DNA of 59,363 nt, taken from NCBI GenBank assembly GCA_015523605.1, contig WAKC01000015.1, positions 1 to 59,363 on the forward strand, given 5' to 3'. Under the pieces are notes generated by a model that was not told the origin of the DNA, did not search any database, and saw nothing but the letters and a program-made list of their open reading frames with translations. The stretch is from Candidatus Geothermarchaeota archaeon. Its GTDB lineage: Archaea > Thermoproteota > Nitrososphaeria > Geothermarchaeales > JDFR-13. Position numbers and translations under genes: made by a program. Positions 7,878 through 18,447 of the stretch are shown here, piece after piece; the first letter of the stretch is position 1, and the number at the start of each line of letters is the position of its first letter.

Positions 7878-10800
7878 ATGAGTATTGTAGAAACCCGTCA
7901 TATACATGGAATATACATAGATGGATGTGTAAACTGTGGAGGGCCTATAGACGATAAAAGATTATTAATGGGCGTCCCATGTGAAAAATGTCTCCCTAAA
8001 ATCCCCGATGATAGGGATATAAAGACGATTTACAACCTCCTGAGGGAATATAAGACGCTAAAGAAGGGTTATATGGATTTATACAACCTGTATAAATGGA
8101 AGAATGATTTTATACAACTCTTTACAAAGGCTGTGGGTAATAGGCCCTGGAAGGCCCAGGAGACCTGGGCAAGAAGAGTTTTAAAGGGTGAGAGTTTCTC
8201 CATCATAGCTCCTACCGGTGTAGGTAAAACCGTATTCGGAATATTAATGAGTATCTATCTAACGAAAGTTAGAAACGGCGGGGATAGAAACAAGGCATAT
8301 TTAATACTGCCAACAACACCACTTGTTAAACAAGTATATGAAAAGACTATCACCTACCTCAAAACTTTAAAGTATGAAGCAGATGATGTTATATGCTATC
8401 ATAGCGACTTAACTAGGAAAGAACGTGAGGAGATAAAGAGGAGGATAATTGAAGACGACTTTTCAATACTCATAACCACAAACCAATTCTTATCAACGAG
8501 ATATGAATTACTCAAGGATAAGAAATTCAGATTCGTATTTGTAGACGATGTAGATGCCGTATTGAGGAGCAGCAAGAATGTTGTTAGACTTATACACCTA
8601 CTAGGCTTTAGAGACAATGGTAGGATAGACAAGATCATAGAACTACTCTATGAATATTATAGAATGAGGCGTGGAGACGATGGAGAGAAGAAACTTGAAA
8701 TATGGAGGAAGATTGAGAAACTAGTCAAGTATATAACGTCAGGCCCTGGCAAAAAGGGGATACTAGTAATCTCTAGTGCAACAGGTAGACCCAGAGGAAT
8801 AAGGGTAAAACTCTTCAAACTAATTCTAAATTTCGATATAGGACTTAGATCTGAAACTCTAAGAAACATATATGATGTTTATAGCATATCAGAGACCGAA
8901 GAAGAGAATCTAAATAAACTATTAAATCTTGTAAAGAAGCTCGGATCCGGCGGCCTAATCTACGTCCCAGTGGATAAAGGAATCGAATATGCAGAGAAGA
9001 TAGCTAACCTCCTAAATGAAAACGGCATAAAGGCAGATTACCTAATATCAGGGAGACTATCAGCACTCGAGAAATTCCTAAATGGTGAGATAGACGTCCT
9101 AGTAGGCGTAGCAATATACTATGGAGTTATGGTTAGGGGTTTAGACTATCCCGAGAAAATCAGATATGCCATATTTCTAGGAACACCAAGATTCAAATTC
9201 AACGCAAGATTCACTGATCCAAATCTGACACAGATAGCGAAGACCCTTAACATCTTAAAAGACATTATAGAGGACGACCTAGATAATATCGAATATTGGC
9301 TGAGACTCTCCAATAGGATAATCAGATCCGGATCTCAATACCAAATACTCCGTATAAACGAGGTTTTAAGAGGCGAAAAAGAACCTGAGACAAAGACTGA
9401 AGAGAGAATTCTAGAAGCACTTGAGTATATCAAGAAAGTGTTTAGAGATAAGAAGATTCTAGAAAAAGTAAAGAAGCATCCTGACGTAGTGGTTGAGGAG
9501 ATCGATGGCGAGCTATACCTGCTAATACCAGATGTATATACGTACATTCAAGCAAGCGGTAGGACGAGTAGATTATATGCAGGGGGAATCACCAAAGGTT
9601 TCTCAACAATCCTAGAGACAAACGAGAAACTCCTGAGAATCCTGATGAGACGAATGGAATGGATATTTGAAGAGGTTAAATGGAATAGGTTGGAAGAGAT
9701 AGATCTAGATAGAATTATTATGGAGATTGATGAGGATCGTAGGAAGGTAATTATGGTTAAGCAGGGCGAGTTAAAAGCAGAGTTCAAGGACCCAATAAAA
9801 CCTGTCTTCATCGTGGTCGAGTCTCCAAACAAAGCTAGGACGATTGCAAGATTCTTCGGGAAACCAAGCGTCAGAAAGAGAGAAGGACTAATGGTATATG
9901 AAGTTACTACAGGCGACCTCCTAATCCAGATAAGTGCCTCAGGTGGGCACATATATGACCTTGTTGAAAATGTTGAGAGACTATCAAATGAGGGTATCCT
10001 AGATAAGAGTTACATCGAAAAGAGTTTCTATGGCGTATATGTAGAAGATGACAAACACTTTATCCCTATATATGGCAGTGTAAAGAGATGCGATGAAGGG
10101 CATCAATTTATAGTTCCAGAATATAGAAATGGAGAGAAGGTATGTCCAAAATGTGGAGGCCCAATATCTTCAGATAAAAAGAGTGTGGTAAGCTTCCTAA
10201 GAGAGATAGCCTCCGAAGTAGACACTCTATTAGTGGGTACAGACCCAGATACAGAGGGTGAGAAGATAGGCTGGGACCTCGCCGTCCTACTCCGGCCATA
10301 TACCTCAGAAGTTAAAAGAATTGAATTCCATGAAGTAACTAGGAAAGCAGTTCTGAAATCTATACACAAGCCTAGAAACTTTAATGAAAGACTGGTTGAA
10401 GCTCAAATTGTCAGGAGGATCGAAGATAGATGGATAGGATTTGAATTAACTAAAAGGATATACAGTGAATTGAGGTATGAGCTACATAAAACCATGGTTG
10501 GAAAGGGAAAGAGTAGAAGGATTACCTGGGACGCGCTAAGCAGAGGAGGATGGAGTGCTGGGAGGGTACAGAGCCCAGTCCTAAACTGGATAGTGGAGAG
10601 AGGGGAGGAGATCGAGAGGAATAAGAAGAAGGGTATCATCCTCGAAATAGATGAGTTAAACCTGACCATTAAAAAACCTCTAGATGAAATACCCTCCCTA
10701 GAAGACGGTGTTAAGGTTAGACTTATATTTGATGAGCCATATGAAGAGGAGGTTCGCCCCCCACCTCCATACACCACAGATACTATGATTTCCGATGCAA

Positions 10801-11729
10801 ATAGATTCTATAGAATGAGTGCCCAGGAAGTCATGAGGACTGCTCAGGAACTCTTCGAGGCCGGTCTAATAACTTATCACAGGACCGATAGCACCCATAT
10901 ATCTGATGAGGGTAAGAAAGTCGCCAGAACATATCTAAAACTTAGATTCCAAGAAGCGGGTGAAAAGATCTTTTGGGGTAGGAGCTGGGGTGAGGAGGGT
11001 ACTCACGAGGGTATTAGACCCACCAAACCAATCGATATAGATATGCTTAGGGAAATGATGATACAAGGAGATTTCACACCTCCATTTAGATTCGAGAAGC
11101 GACACTATCAACTCTATAGAATGATCTTCAATAGATTCATATTAAGCCAGATAGAACCTGCAAAGATTAGAAGGGTAAAATACAAGATAATATTTAGAGG
11201 AGAGACTCTACATGAAGGGATATTCAACCTCTCCATAGACAATGAAATTAAAAAGAGATTCTATCAGATATACCACCCCATCAGGGAGATGGATGTTAGA
11301 GATAGGGAGATATATATTCCCAAGGAGAATGTGAAGATAGACACTATATATCTCGTATCGGCATATACACAGGGAGATATTATTAAGCTTATGAAAGAGA
11401 GGCAGATCGGCCGCCCAAGCACCTATAGTAAGATAATTACTACCTTACTAGAGAGGAAATATGTTAAGGAGATAAAGTCACTACTCTTCCCAACGCTTAA
11501 AGGCCGCATATTGGATAGGTTTTTAAGGACACACTATGGAGACTTCGTCTCCGAAGAAAGGACTAGGCTTATAGAAAGGTATATGGAAGAGATAGAAAAG
11601 GGTATTAGGGAATACAGTGAGGTATTGAAGGAGCTATATCAAGAGATAAATTCATTAAAACTCATGGAGGATAGATTCAGCCATCCTAAGATATCGGGAG
11701 ACACGGGATTCGCCCGCCTACCATTTTAA
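7878..11729 (+). CDS. rgy: Reverse gyrase (SF2 helicase-like domain fused to type IA topoisomerase)
   Basis: 1283 aa. Features are an N-terminal Zn finger CVNCGG...CEKC, Walker A APTGVGKT, DDVD box VFVDDVDA, TOPRIM VVESPNKA, an internal Zn ribbon C...CPKCGG and the catalytic Tyr motif ITYHRTDS. Confidence 0.97.
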   Translation: MSIVETRHIHGIYIDGCVNCGGPIDDKRLLMGVPCEKCLPKIPDDRDIKTIYNLLREYKTLKKGYMDLYNLYKWKNDFIQLFTKAVGNRPWKAQETWARRVLKGESFSIIAPTGVGKTVFGILMSIYLTKVRNGGDRNKAYLILPTTPLVKQVYEKTITYLKTLKYEADDVICYHSDLTRKEREEIKRRIIEDDFSILITTNQFLSTRYELLKDKKFRFVFVDDVDAVLRSSKNVVRLIHLLGFRDNGRIDKIIELLYEYYRMRRGDDGEKKLEIWRKIEKLVKYITSGPGKKGILVISSATGRPRGIRVKLFKLILNFDIGLRSETLRNIYDVYSISETEEENLNKLLNLVKKLGSGGLIYVPVDKGIEYAEKIANLLNENGIKADYLISGRLSALEKFLNGEIDVLVGVAIYYGVMVRGLDYPEKIRYAIFLGTPRFKFNARFTDPNLTQIAKTLNILKDIIEDDLDNIEYWLRLSNRIIRSGSQYQILRINEVLRGEKEPETKTEERILEALEYIKKVFRDKKILEKVKKHPDVVVEEIDGELYLLIPDVYTYIQASGRTSRLYAGGITKGFSTILETNEKLLRILMRRMEWIFEEVKWNRLEEIDLDRIIMEIDEDRRKVIMVKQGELKAEFKDPIKPVFIVVESPNKARTIARFFGKPSVRKREGLMVYEVTTGDLLIQISASGGHIYDLVENVERLSNEGILDKSYIEKSFYGVYVEDDKHFIPIYGSVKRCDEGHQFIVPEYRNGEKVCPKCGGPISSDKKSVVSFLREIASEVDTLLVGTDPDTEGEKIGWDLAVLLRPYTSEVKRIEFHEVTRKAVLKSIHKPRNFNERLVEAQIVRRIEDRWIGFELTKRIYSELRYELHKTMVGKGKSRRITWDALSRGGWSAGRVQSPVLNWIVERGEEIERNKKKGIILEIDELNLTIKKPLDEIPSLEDGVKVRLIFDEPYEEEVRPPPPYTTDTMISDANRFYRMSAQEVMRTAQELFEAGLITYHRTDSTHISDEGKKVARTYLKLRFQEAGEKIFWGRSWGEEGTHEGIRPTKPIDIDMLREMMIQGDFTPPFRFEKRHYQLYRMIFNRFILSQIEPAKIRRVKYKIIFRGETLHEGIFNLSIDNEIKKRFYQIYHPIREMDVRDREIYIPKENVKIDTIYLVSAYTQGDIIKLMKERQIGRPSTYSKIITTLLERKYVKEIKSLLFPTLKGRILDRFLRTHYGDFVSEERTRLIERYMEEIEKGIREYSEVLKELYQEINSLKLMEDRFSHPKISGDTGFARLPF

Positions 11730-11755
11730 AAATTATGAAACATTAAATTTTGATT

Positions 11756-12496
11756 ATGCAGGATTTGTTTAAACCAATTCTACAGGTTATAGACACCCAT
11801 GTATCCATCAGAAAGTATAAAAAGGCTGAGATTCCGGATGAAACGCTGAACAAGATCGTCTATGCAGGGATACGGGCGCCATCATCGGCTAACCTCCAGC
11901 CCTACTCAATAATAGCTGTCAAAGATGAGGACCTCAAGAAAGAACTCTCCCTGTTATGTGGAGACCAAGAGCATATACGTGAATGCTCAGTATTCCTCAT
12001 ATTCGTCGCAGATTACCATAGGATGATAAAGGCGATGGAACTCCTTAACATAGACCCCTTCCAACCAAATGTATATTCACTATACATCGCTGCAGTAGAC
12101 GCCGCATTGGCAGCTCAAAACATCACCTTAGCCGCTGAGGCTATGGGGTATGGAATATGCTATATTGGAGCCGTCCAAAACAATCCATGTGAGATAGCGG
12201 AACTCCTAGGCCTACCTAAATATACATACCCCCTCTTCGGCCTAACAATAGGTGTTCCAGATGAGAATCCAGCCAAGAGACTGAGACTCAAGACCGAGAC
12301 CATCCTCCATAGAGACAAATATGAAGGTGATAAAGCTGAACAGGTAATCCAGAAATATGAGGAGGAAGGCTATCTAGACAGCTTAATTAGGAGATATACA
12401 CGATATGCAGGTAAAGGAGGAAGGGTAGAGACGCGGTTTAAGGGATTCATGGAGTGCCTTGAAAAACGCGGCTTTAAAACTATCCCCTCACCCTAA
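11756..12496 (+). CDS. Nitroreductase-family NAD(P)H:flavin oxidoreductase
   Basis: IRKYKKAEIPDETLNKIVYAGIRAPSSANLQPY matches the nitroreductase N-terminal signature. The ATG at 11756 is preferred to the TTG at 11750. Confidence 0.85.
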   Translation: MQDLFKPILQVIDTHVSIRKYKKAEIPDETLNKIVYAGIRAPSSANLQPYSIIAVKDEDLKKELSLLCGDQEHIRECSVFLIFVADYHRMIKAMELLNIDPFQPNVYSLYIAAVDAALAAQNITLAAEAMGYGICYIGAVQNNPCEIAELLGLPKYTYPLFGLTIGVPDENPAKRLRLKTETILHRDKYEGDKAEQVIQKYEEEGYLDSLIRRYTRYAGKGGRVETRFKGFMECLEKRGFKTIPSP

Positions 12497-13385
12497 ACTC
12501 ATCTCTAAATACCTCCTCCAAAGTTTTTATCCTATTATACCGTTTGATAAACTCCTCCGGCCCTATACCACCCTTTCTAAACTCCTCGATAAGCCTCTCC
12601 CTCTCTTCCCTAAGCTCCTCCAACCTCTTAGAGATATACTCTGAAATCGTCTTACTAGACTCAACCTCGCTGGTCAACTCTCTAGGCCGATAAATCCCCT
12701 GTAGCACACCATCCTCTAATAAGAAGACCCTATCACCCTCCCTAGCCACTCTAGGATCATGAGTATTTATTATAACCGTCTTCCCAGCCTCAGTCAACTC
12801 TTTAAACAAGCTCAACACCTTTTTGATATTCTCACTATCAAGCTCAGCCGTAGGCTCATCAGCCAAGACCAACTCTGGATCATTAGCCAATGCAGCGGCT
12901 ATAGCGACCCTCTGCTGCTCACCCCCACTAAGATCCTCCACCATTTTATCAAGCTTATCCTCAATACCCAGTTTACTGGCAAGCTCCTCAACCCTATTCC
13001 TAATATACTCACTAGATTTTCCGGCTACCATCATCGGAAGCTCTATATTCTCTCTGGCAGTTAACCTACTAATTAGATTTAAAAATTGAAATACAACCCC
13101 GATTCTATGAAGCCTGAGATTATTAAGCTCCGTCTCACCCAGCCTAGTCAGATCATGACCAAATACATAGATAGAACCAGAACTGGGCTTATCCAAACCA
13201 GCAATGAGATTTAAGAGGGTAGTCTTCCCACTACCACTTGGACCCATTACAATGGCTAGTTCACCTTTAAAAACCTCGAGAGAGACTCCTCTCAAAGCCG
13301 TTACTCCCATATCACCTATTGTATATACCTTAACCACATCCTCAACCACTACAACCTTATCCAAAGTGGACCACCTCCCTGACAT
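12480..13385 (-). CDS. ABC transporter ATP-binding protein (MacB/LolD-type) with a C-terminal helical extension
   Basis: Walker A GPSGSGKTT, signature LSGGEQQRVAIA, Walker B LVLADEPT, and H-loop TH. It also carries a charged tail of about 70 aa (LEELREERERLIEEF...). Confidence 0.9.
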   Translation of the reverse strand: MSGRWSTLDKVVVVEDVVKVYTIGDMGVTALRGVSLEVFKGELAIVMGPSGSGKTTLLNLIAGLDKPSSGSIYVFGHDLTRLGETELNNLRLHRIGVVFQFLNLISRLTARENIELPMMVAGKSSEYIRNRVEELASKLGIEDKLDKMVEDLSGGEQQRVAIAAALANDPELVLADEPTAELDSENIKKVLSLFKELTEAGKTVIINTHDPRVAREGDRVFLLEDGVLQGIYRPRELTSEVESSKTISEYISKRLEELREERERLIEEFRKGGIGPEEFIKRYNRIKTLEEVFRDEFRVRG

Positions 13386-16110
13386 ACCTCCTATGAAGGA
13401 GGCTTAGAATAAGATAGGGGATTAAGAGTGAGATGAACACGACAATCCCCAGATATAAAGGCGCTAGAACATCGATAAACAATGGAAGGTTGGGGCTGAG
13501 ATCCGATAGAGTCGAAATAGTCTGTTGACTGGCACCATAACCTGCTATTATGCCGACTATTAGACCAATTAAAACACTGAATAATGTTATCGGAACTATC
13601 AAGCTATATGCCAGACGTTTAGAGGCTGATGCCAATCCACGAGACCTCATAACGATAAGATCCGGAATCATATCCATGACATATTCAACCGACAATAAGG
13701 CTATTGCTATTGATACAGCTATAATCGCGTATACATTAAAGGAATATAGGTTCTTTTGTAGGAAGCTCATCATATCAGATAGTGGGAAATCATCTGAGTA
13801 TTGCGATAAACTGGAGACTGTAATTACACCATATCTTTTCAAATCTACCATATAGCTCCTCAATATCACAGATACTTCTTTGGATTGACTTGAGAAGATA
13901 TATATCCTACCCTCAAAGGTTGAATTCAGCTCCCCAATATCCAAGATATCCCTGTCTATTATGGCTCTACCAATGAGGGAGGGAAAGTCCACACCTAGAT
14001 ATCCATCCACATAATCCTCGAACTCCAGCAAATTCCGCCCATCTAAGAAACTCGATAAGCGGATTTCAAATTGTATCTTCAAATCCTTAACATCTCCACC
14101 GATCTCATCCTCAATATTGTTTACTATAAACCTATCCAATAGAATATCAAGATCATCTCTATACCTAACAATCATCCAATCCTCAATACCGGCATAACGT
14201 AAAAACTCATTAATATCATCTACATAGAGGTAGCTTAAACCGAATATATTGCCTAAAACCTGAACACTCCCTGGTATTGAGATACCTATATAATAATCCT
14301 CCAAACCCTCCTTCTCCAGAACCTCCCCAATAAACCTCCTCAACTCCTCAACCCTACTCGGGTCGATATTCATACTCATGAGGTAGACAGGCTCTCCCAA
14401 CCTATTATTCACGTTGGACACACCGTCTAGGAAGTAGAGCGTCCTCCCCGAGAATATTACATAGTATAGCATCAGCGATATCAACAGCCCCGATAAAAAT
14501 GTGGTCTTAGATATTAAACCAGGTAGGCGACCACTATATCGATATACAATACCTTTAAACCTTCTAGCCAATATAAATGAAAACAGTTCAGTCAACTTAG
14601 ATATTAAATTAGTTCTGTAGATAACTAGGTTAATAACACCATAGACGATTATTATAGGAGCCAATATACTCATAAAACTGCTTACAACACCATATATTAT
14701 TAGTATAACGCTTAATGGACCGAAACCAGTTATATACTCATTCAAATTGATTGCAAAACCCCATTCAACCATCTTAACAATAGCTAAGATAAAGAATATT
14801 AGGAATAGGGATGAGGGATTCCATGTAGACCTTTCAAAAGGTTCGAAATATTTTCTAGCAATGGATATCGGGCTAATATCCTTTAATAACCCAACCCTCC
14901 TCAAATACGCTATGAATAAGAGGATATATCCCAAGATAAAAGCCGTTATAACAGACTCAAGAGAATAGAAGACAGTAGTCGGCAGAGGATCATATCCTAG
15001 ATAGCCTACAATAAGGTTACCCACATACGGAGAGACTATAATTCCCAATGCAATCCCAGCGGATGCAACTATAAACATAAAAACTAGGAAATATCTCCTA
15101 ACAACCTTATTGGAGAGACCTCTCAATTGTAGAAGACCTATATCCCTCCTAAAGCTTCTTATAATAAGCTCTAGATTCACAACGGTTAAGAACCAGATTC
15201 CAAAGACATATGGAAAGGAGTAGAACGCCGTTAGCGTTATAGATGCGATATCACTAAAGGTCTGCATAAAAAAGATTCTCTGTACATTATCAATTGTCTC
15301 ATATGACTGGACATTAAACTTCTCACCTAACCCCTTATTAATGGTCTGTGAAACATTGAAAAACCGCTCCATAACTAAGAATTGACCCCCCTTCAATGCC
15401 TCAGAATCAAATTTAAGGATAAGATAGAGTATGAAGCTGTCCATTCCATCCCCAACCAAATCATCAAAATCTCCGAGAGAAACTATAGAATTTAGCCGTG
15501 GAGTGGTTGGTACCCCCATAAATAAATCTCCGATCTGGGGCATAGCATATAAGCCTGAGATCTCAAAGGTATACTCCTTTCCATCCAAACCAATTAATAT
15601 GATTTCGCTCCCAACCCCCAATTCTCTATCTACCTCTCCAACCAACGTAACATCCTCATACCACATACCTAACAAATCAGCATTAAACACAATCTTACCA
15701 GGACCTATATCAAGTGCTCCCTCAACAATCCTCAGATCAAGTAAATCTCCTATCTTATCCTGAGGATAATACGCTATAACGCTGAAGGGAGGTCTACTAT
15801 CTAATTTAATCCTAATAGACTCATATGAAATCCCGATTAACGACTCATTCAAAATAGTTAAATCATCCAATAGAGAAGAGACGTAATCAATAACTTCATA
15901 GGTAGATAAACCCTCTATATTCTCCAGTGTATAGATAAGGATTAAATGGTTCTTTAAAGCCTCCAACCTAGCCCTAAACTGCCTATCCCGCTCTGCATAG
16001 GAGATTGCGGACGGAGAAATTATCAGAAGGGATATCAACATAAAGACGAAGAGGATACCCACCATTTTAAGCATATTCCTTGAAAACACTTTGAAAATAT
16101 ACAGTTTCAT
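13357..16110 (-). CDS. FtsX/MacB-type ABC transporter permease, duplicated (917 aa)
   Basis: An N-terminal TM is followed by two large extracytoplasmic domains, each followed by a multi-TM FtsX-like block. It overlaps the ATPase gene by 29 nt. GGAGGT lies 8 nt upstream of the ATG. Confidence 0.85.
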   Translation of the reverse strand: MKLYIFKVFSRNMLKMVGILFVFMLISLLIISPSAISYAERDRQFRARLEALKNHLILIYTLENIEGLSTYEVIDYVSSLLDDLTILNESLIGISYESIRIKLDSRPPFSVIAYYPQDKIGDLLDLRIVEGALDIGPGKIVFNADLLGMWYEDVTLVGEVDRELGVGSEIILIGLDGKEYTFEISGLYAMPQIGDLFMGVPTTPRLNSIVSLGDFDDLVGDGMDSFILYLILKFDSEALKGGQFLVMERFFNVSQTINKGLGEKFNVQSYETIDNVQRIFFMQTFSDIASITLTAFYSFPYVFGIWFLTVVNLELIIRSFRRDIGLLQLRGLSNKVVRRYFLVFMFIVASAGIALGIIVSPYVGNLIVGYLGYDPLPTTVFYSLESVITAFILGYILLFIAYLRRVGLLKDISPISIARKYFEPFERSTWNPSSLFLIFFILAIVKMVEWGFAINLNEYITGFGPLSVILIIYGVVSSFMSILAPIIIVYGVINLVIYRTNLISKLTELFSFILARRFKGIVYRYSGRLPGLISKTTFLSGLLISLMLYYVIFSGRTLYFLDGVSNVNNRLGEPVYLMSMNIDPSRVEELRRFIGEVLEKEGLEDYYIGISIPGSVQVLGNIFGLSYLYVDDINEFLRYAGIEDWMIVRYRDDLDILLDRFIVNNIEDEIGGDVKDLKIQFEIRLSSFLDGRNLLEFEDYVDGYLGVDFPSLIGRAIIDRDILDIGELNSTFEGRIYIFSSQSKEVSVILRSYMVDLKRYGVITVSSLSQYSDDFPLSDMMSFLQKNLYSFNVYAIIAVSIAIALLSVEYVMDMIPDLIVMRSRGLASASKRLAYSLIVPITLFSVLIGLIVGIIAGYGASQQTISTLSDLSPNLPLFIDVLAPLYLGIVVFISLLIPYLILSLLHRRYVREVVHFG

Positions 16111-16177
16111 GGTGGGTACCTCCTACATTACCCTAAGTTTATAAATTATGTTAAGATTAAATCTACAATAATATTTT

Positions 16178-16201
16178 TAGTCTATATGGTAGTCTATATA
16201 G
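16178..16201. repeat. Tandem 12-bp direct repeat upstream of the ABC permease gene
   Basis: TAGTCTATATGG|TAGTCTATATAG matches at 11 of 12 positions with no spacer. It sits 68-91 nt upstream of the permease ATG, and each unit carries a TATATA core. Confidence 0.6.
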
Positions 16202-16211
16202 TAAACAAGGG

Positions 16212-16835
16212 TCAGCCAATTCTATAATGCATATTGGATTCAATCTCTCCTATAAATTGGGACATCCTAAGGAATAACTCCCGATAAAGCTTCTTAAACC
16301 TTATACCAGAAGTAAAATCGATAGGTCGATAATCCTCTATTCTATCGATCTGCTCACCCTTCAGATATCCTTTAAGAATAAGATCTGATATCTTCGGGGA
16401 ATTATATAACATGTTCAAAAGGTTAACCCCTCCCCTAAAAATGGAATATGTAACACCTGAGGATAGAGGGATATATCCATTTGTAAATGAAACCCTAACA
16501 TCATCCACATATCTTATATAGTCCAGTGCAAGTAAGACCTCCAACTCCAGATCCCGGATATCCCTATCAACAACCCCAATATAAAATTTATCTTCAAATA
16601 GACATCTAATCAATACACGTCTCAAATTATCATGGAACATCTTACATTTAAGGATATCCAAAACATCGATCCTAGTCAACTCTCCAGAGAACTTAATAAA
16701 TACAGTCTCTACACCATCCTCCTTTAGTAACGCATCTCTAATCTCCAACACAAAGTTAATATCACATTCACTAGGAAGCCTAACAATCTCAACAACTTTA
16801 TATCCATCACCCTGAAGAACCGTGACATAACTCAT
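16212..16835 (-). CDS. Hypothetical protein (207 aa from MSYVTV)
   Basis: Coding-like ORF. I prefer the internal ATG at 16835, because the track's start at 16904 would overlap the divergent udg gene. There is a faint resemblance to a degenerate crotonase-type fold only. Confidence 0.45.
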   Translation of the reverse strand: MSYVTVLQGDGYKVVEIVRLPSECDINFVLEIRDALLKEDGVETVFIKFSGELTRIDVLDILKCKMFHDNLRRVLIRCLFEDKFYIGVVDRDIRDLELEVLLALDYIRYVDDVRVSFTNGYIPLSSGVTYSIFRGGVNLLNMLYNSPKISDLILKGYLKGEQIDRIEDYRPIDFTSGIRFKKLYRELFLRMSQFIGEIESNMHYRIG

Positions 16836-16880
16836 TAGACCACCATATATTGAATAGAACAACAAATTATTTTTCTTTGA

Positions 16881-17501
16881 ATGAAGGGAGACGAACTTAA
16901 GCAATTAGAAGACGAGATAAGAAACTGTATAAAATGTCCACTATACAAAAGCAGAACAAATACAGTCCCGGGAGAAGGATCGCACAACCCAGCGATAATG
17001 TTTATAGGGGAAGCTCCTGGAAAGCAAGAGGATATCCAGGGCAGGCCATTTGTAGGCCGTGCAGGGGAATATCTAACACATCTAATCTCAACTCTGGATT
17101 TAAAGAGGGAAGATGTTTATATAACTAATGTAGTAAAATGCAGACCCCCAAACAATAGAGACCCGACGGATGAGGAGATCGAGAAGTGCCTCCCCTACTT
17201 AAGAAGACAGATTAAACTATTGAAGCCAAAGATTATAGTCGCCCTAGGGAGACACGCTGCAAAGACTCTAGCAAGAGAGTCTGGAATATCTTTTAAAGGA
17301 ATAACTAGGGAGAGGGGTAAAATATCAAGGGTCAGGATATATGGATTAGAGATAAGTCTAGTCTATACCTACCATCCCGCCGCCGCTCTCTACAACCCAA
17401 ATCTAAAGAATATCATCGAGGGAGACTTTAGAAAAATAAAGGAACTTCTAAATACAGATGATACAAAAAAGAAAAGGGGTACATTGGACGACTTCCTATA
17501 A
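16881..17501 (+). CDS. udg: Uracil-DNA glycosylase, family 4 (Fe-S, thermophile type)
   Basis: Motifs CIKCPL, GEGSHNPAIMFIGEAPGKQED, GRPFVGRAG and YHPAAALYNP. Confidence 0.9.
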   Translation: MKGDELKQLEDEIRNCIKCPLYKSRTNTVPGEGSHNPAIMFIGEAPGKQEDIQGRPFVGRAGEYLTHLISTLDLKREDVYITNVVKCRPPNNRDPTDEEIEKCLPYLRRQIKLLKPKIIVALGRHAAKTLARESGISFKGITRERGKISRVRIYGLEISLVYTYHPAAALYNPNLKNIIEGDFRKIKELLNTDDTKKKRGTLDDFL

Positions 17502-17504
17502 TGT

Positions 17505-17855
17505 CTAGCCCTCTTTACTCTTTTCAGCTGCCAATCTCTCTTCAAAATATTTTTGGAGATCAATGTTCCTATATTCCTCAGCCAGCATATCACGTTTATC
17601 AGGGTTCTTAATGAAGTAGTGTACACTATAGCTGCAGATAGGGGCTATTTTCAAGCCCTTCTCCTTCGCATAATTAAGTGCATACTCCACCAGCTTTTTA
17701 GCTAGTCCTCTACCACGCCAATTCTCAGGTGTATATGTAGCGTCTAGAAACAACTTGCCATTCTCGATATGATATCGTAGATATGCCTTAGACCTATCGG
17801 GTAATCTGATGAAGAAGACTCTACCAGTCATCTCAACCTTATATTCTTCAGTCAT
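17505..17855 (-). CDS. Small GNAT-fold N-acetyltransferase (YjdJ-like)
   Basis: 116 aa. RGRGLAKKLVEYALNYAKEKGLKIAPICSY matches the single-domain GNAT/YjdJ family. Confidence 0.75.
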   Translation of the reverse strand: MTEEYKVEMTGRVFFIRLPDRSKAYLRYHIENGKLFLDATYTPENWRGRGLAKKLVEYALNYAKEKGLKIAPICSYSVHYFIKNPDKRDMLAEEYRNIDLQKYFEERLAAEKSKEG

Positions 17856-17928
17856 GGAATCCCATCTTAATATGACTTCTGAATCTCTTTATAAACCATT
17901 GACTAAAGAATATATCTTGTGTAACGAT

Positions 17929-18438
17929 ATGAGAGACGCCGTAATATATGACATAGACAATACGTTGGTAGACTCTAGGAAGAGATATTATACTTCCCTA
18001 ATGGAAGCTGCAAATGGAAGAAAGGTACGTAATATAAGAGACTTAACCGATGAAGAGAGGAGTAGGTTCTGGGAGATCTTTCTAAGCTCAAAATATCTAC
18101 ATCTAGATACACCCATAACAGAGACAATTGAAGAGGTTAACAGTAAATATGATTCAGGCCTCTACATAATACTTCTAACTGGTAGACCTGAATACATGTA
18201 TGAAGACACGGTTGAACAACTAAAGAGCTTCGGAGTTAAATATCATAGAATCTATATGAGACCTTTATACGATAAAAATCCAGATTATATCTATAAGCCA
18301 ACCCAGATTAGGAGGATTATGGCCGAGGGATTTAACATATTGGAATATCATGACGATAGTGTATCTGCATTAGAGAGGGTTCAACAATTATATCCAAAGA
18401 TATATGTGTGTAGACATGGATTTGGAGAGATATTCTAG
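17929..18438 (+). CDS. HAD-superfamily phosphatase (polynucleotide 3'-phosphatase-like subgroup)
   Basis: HAD motif I is VIYDIDNTLVDS (DxDxT), and motif II is LLTGRPE. The start at MRDAV (17929) is preferred, since TTTATAAA lies about 38 nt upstream. The track start at 17809 would overlap the GNAT gene. Confidence 0.65.
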   Translation: MRDAVIYDIDNTLVDSRKRYYTSLMEAANGRKVRNIRDLTDEERSRFWEIFLSSKYLHLDTPITETIEEVNSKYDSGLYIILLTGRPEYMYEDTVEQLKSFGVKYHRIYMRPLYDKNPDYIYKPTQIRRIMAEGFNILEYHDDSVSALERVQQLYPKIYVCRHGFGEIF

Positions 18439-18447
18439 GTGAGTCAT

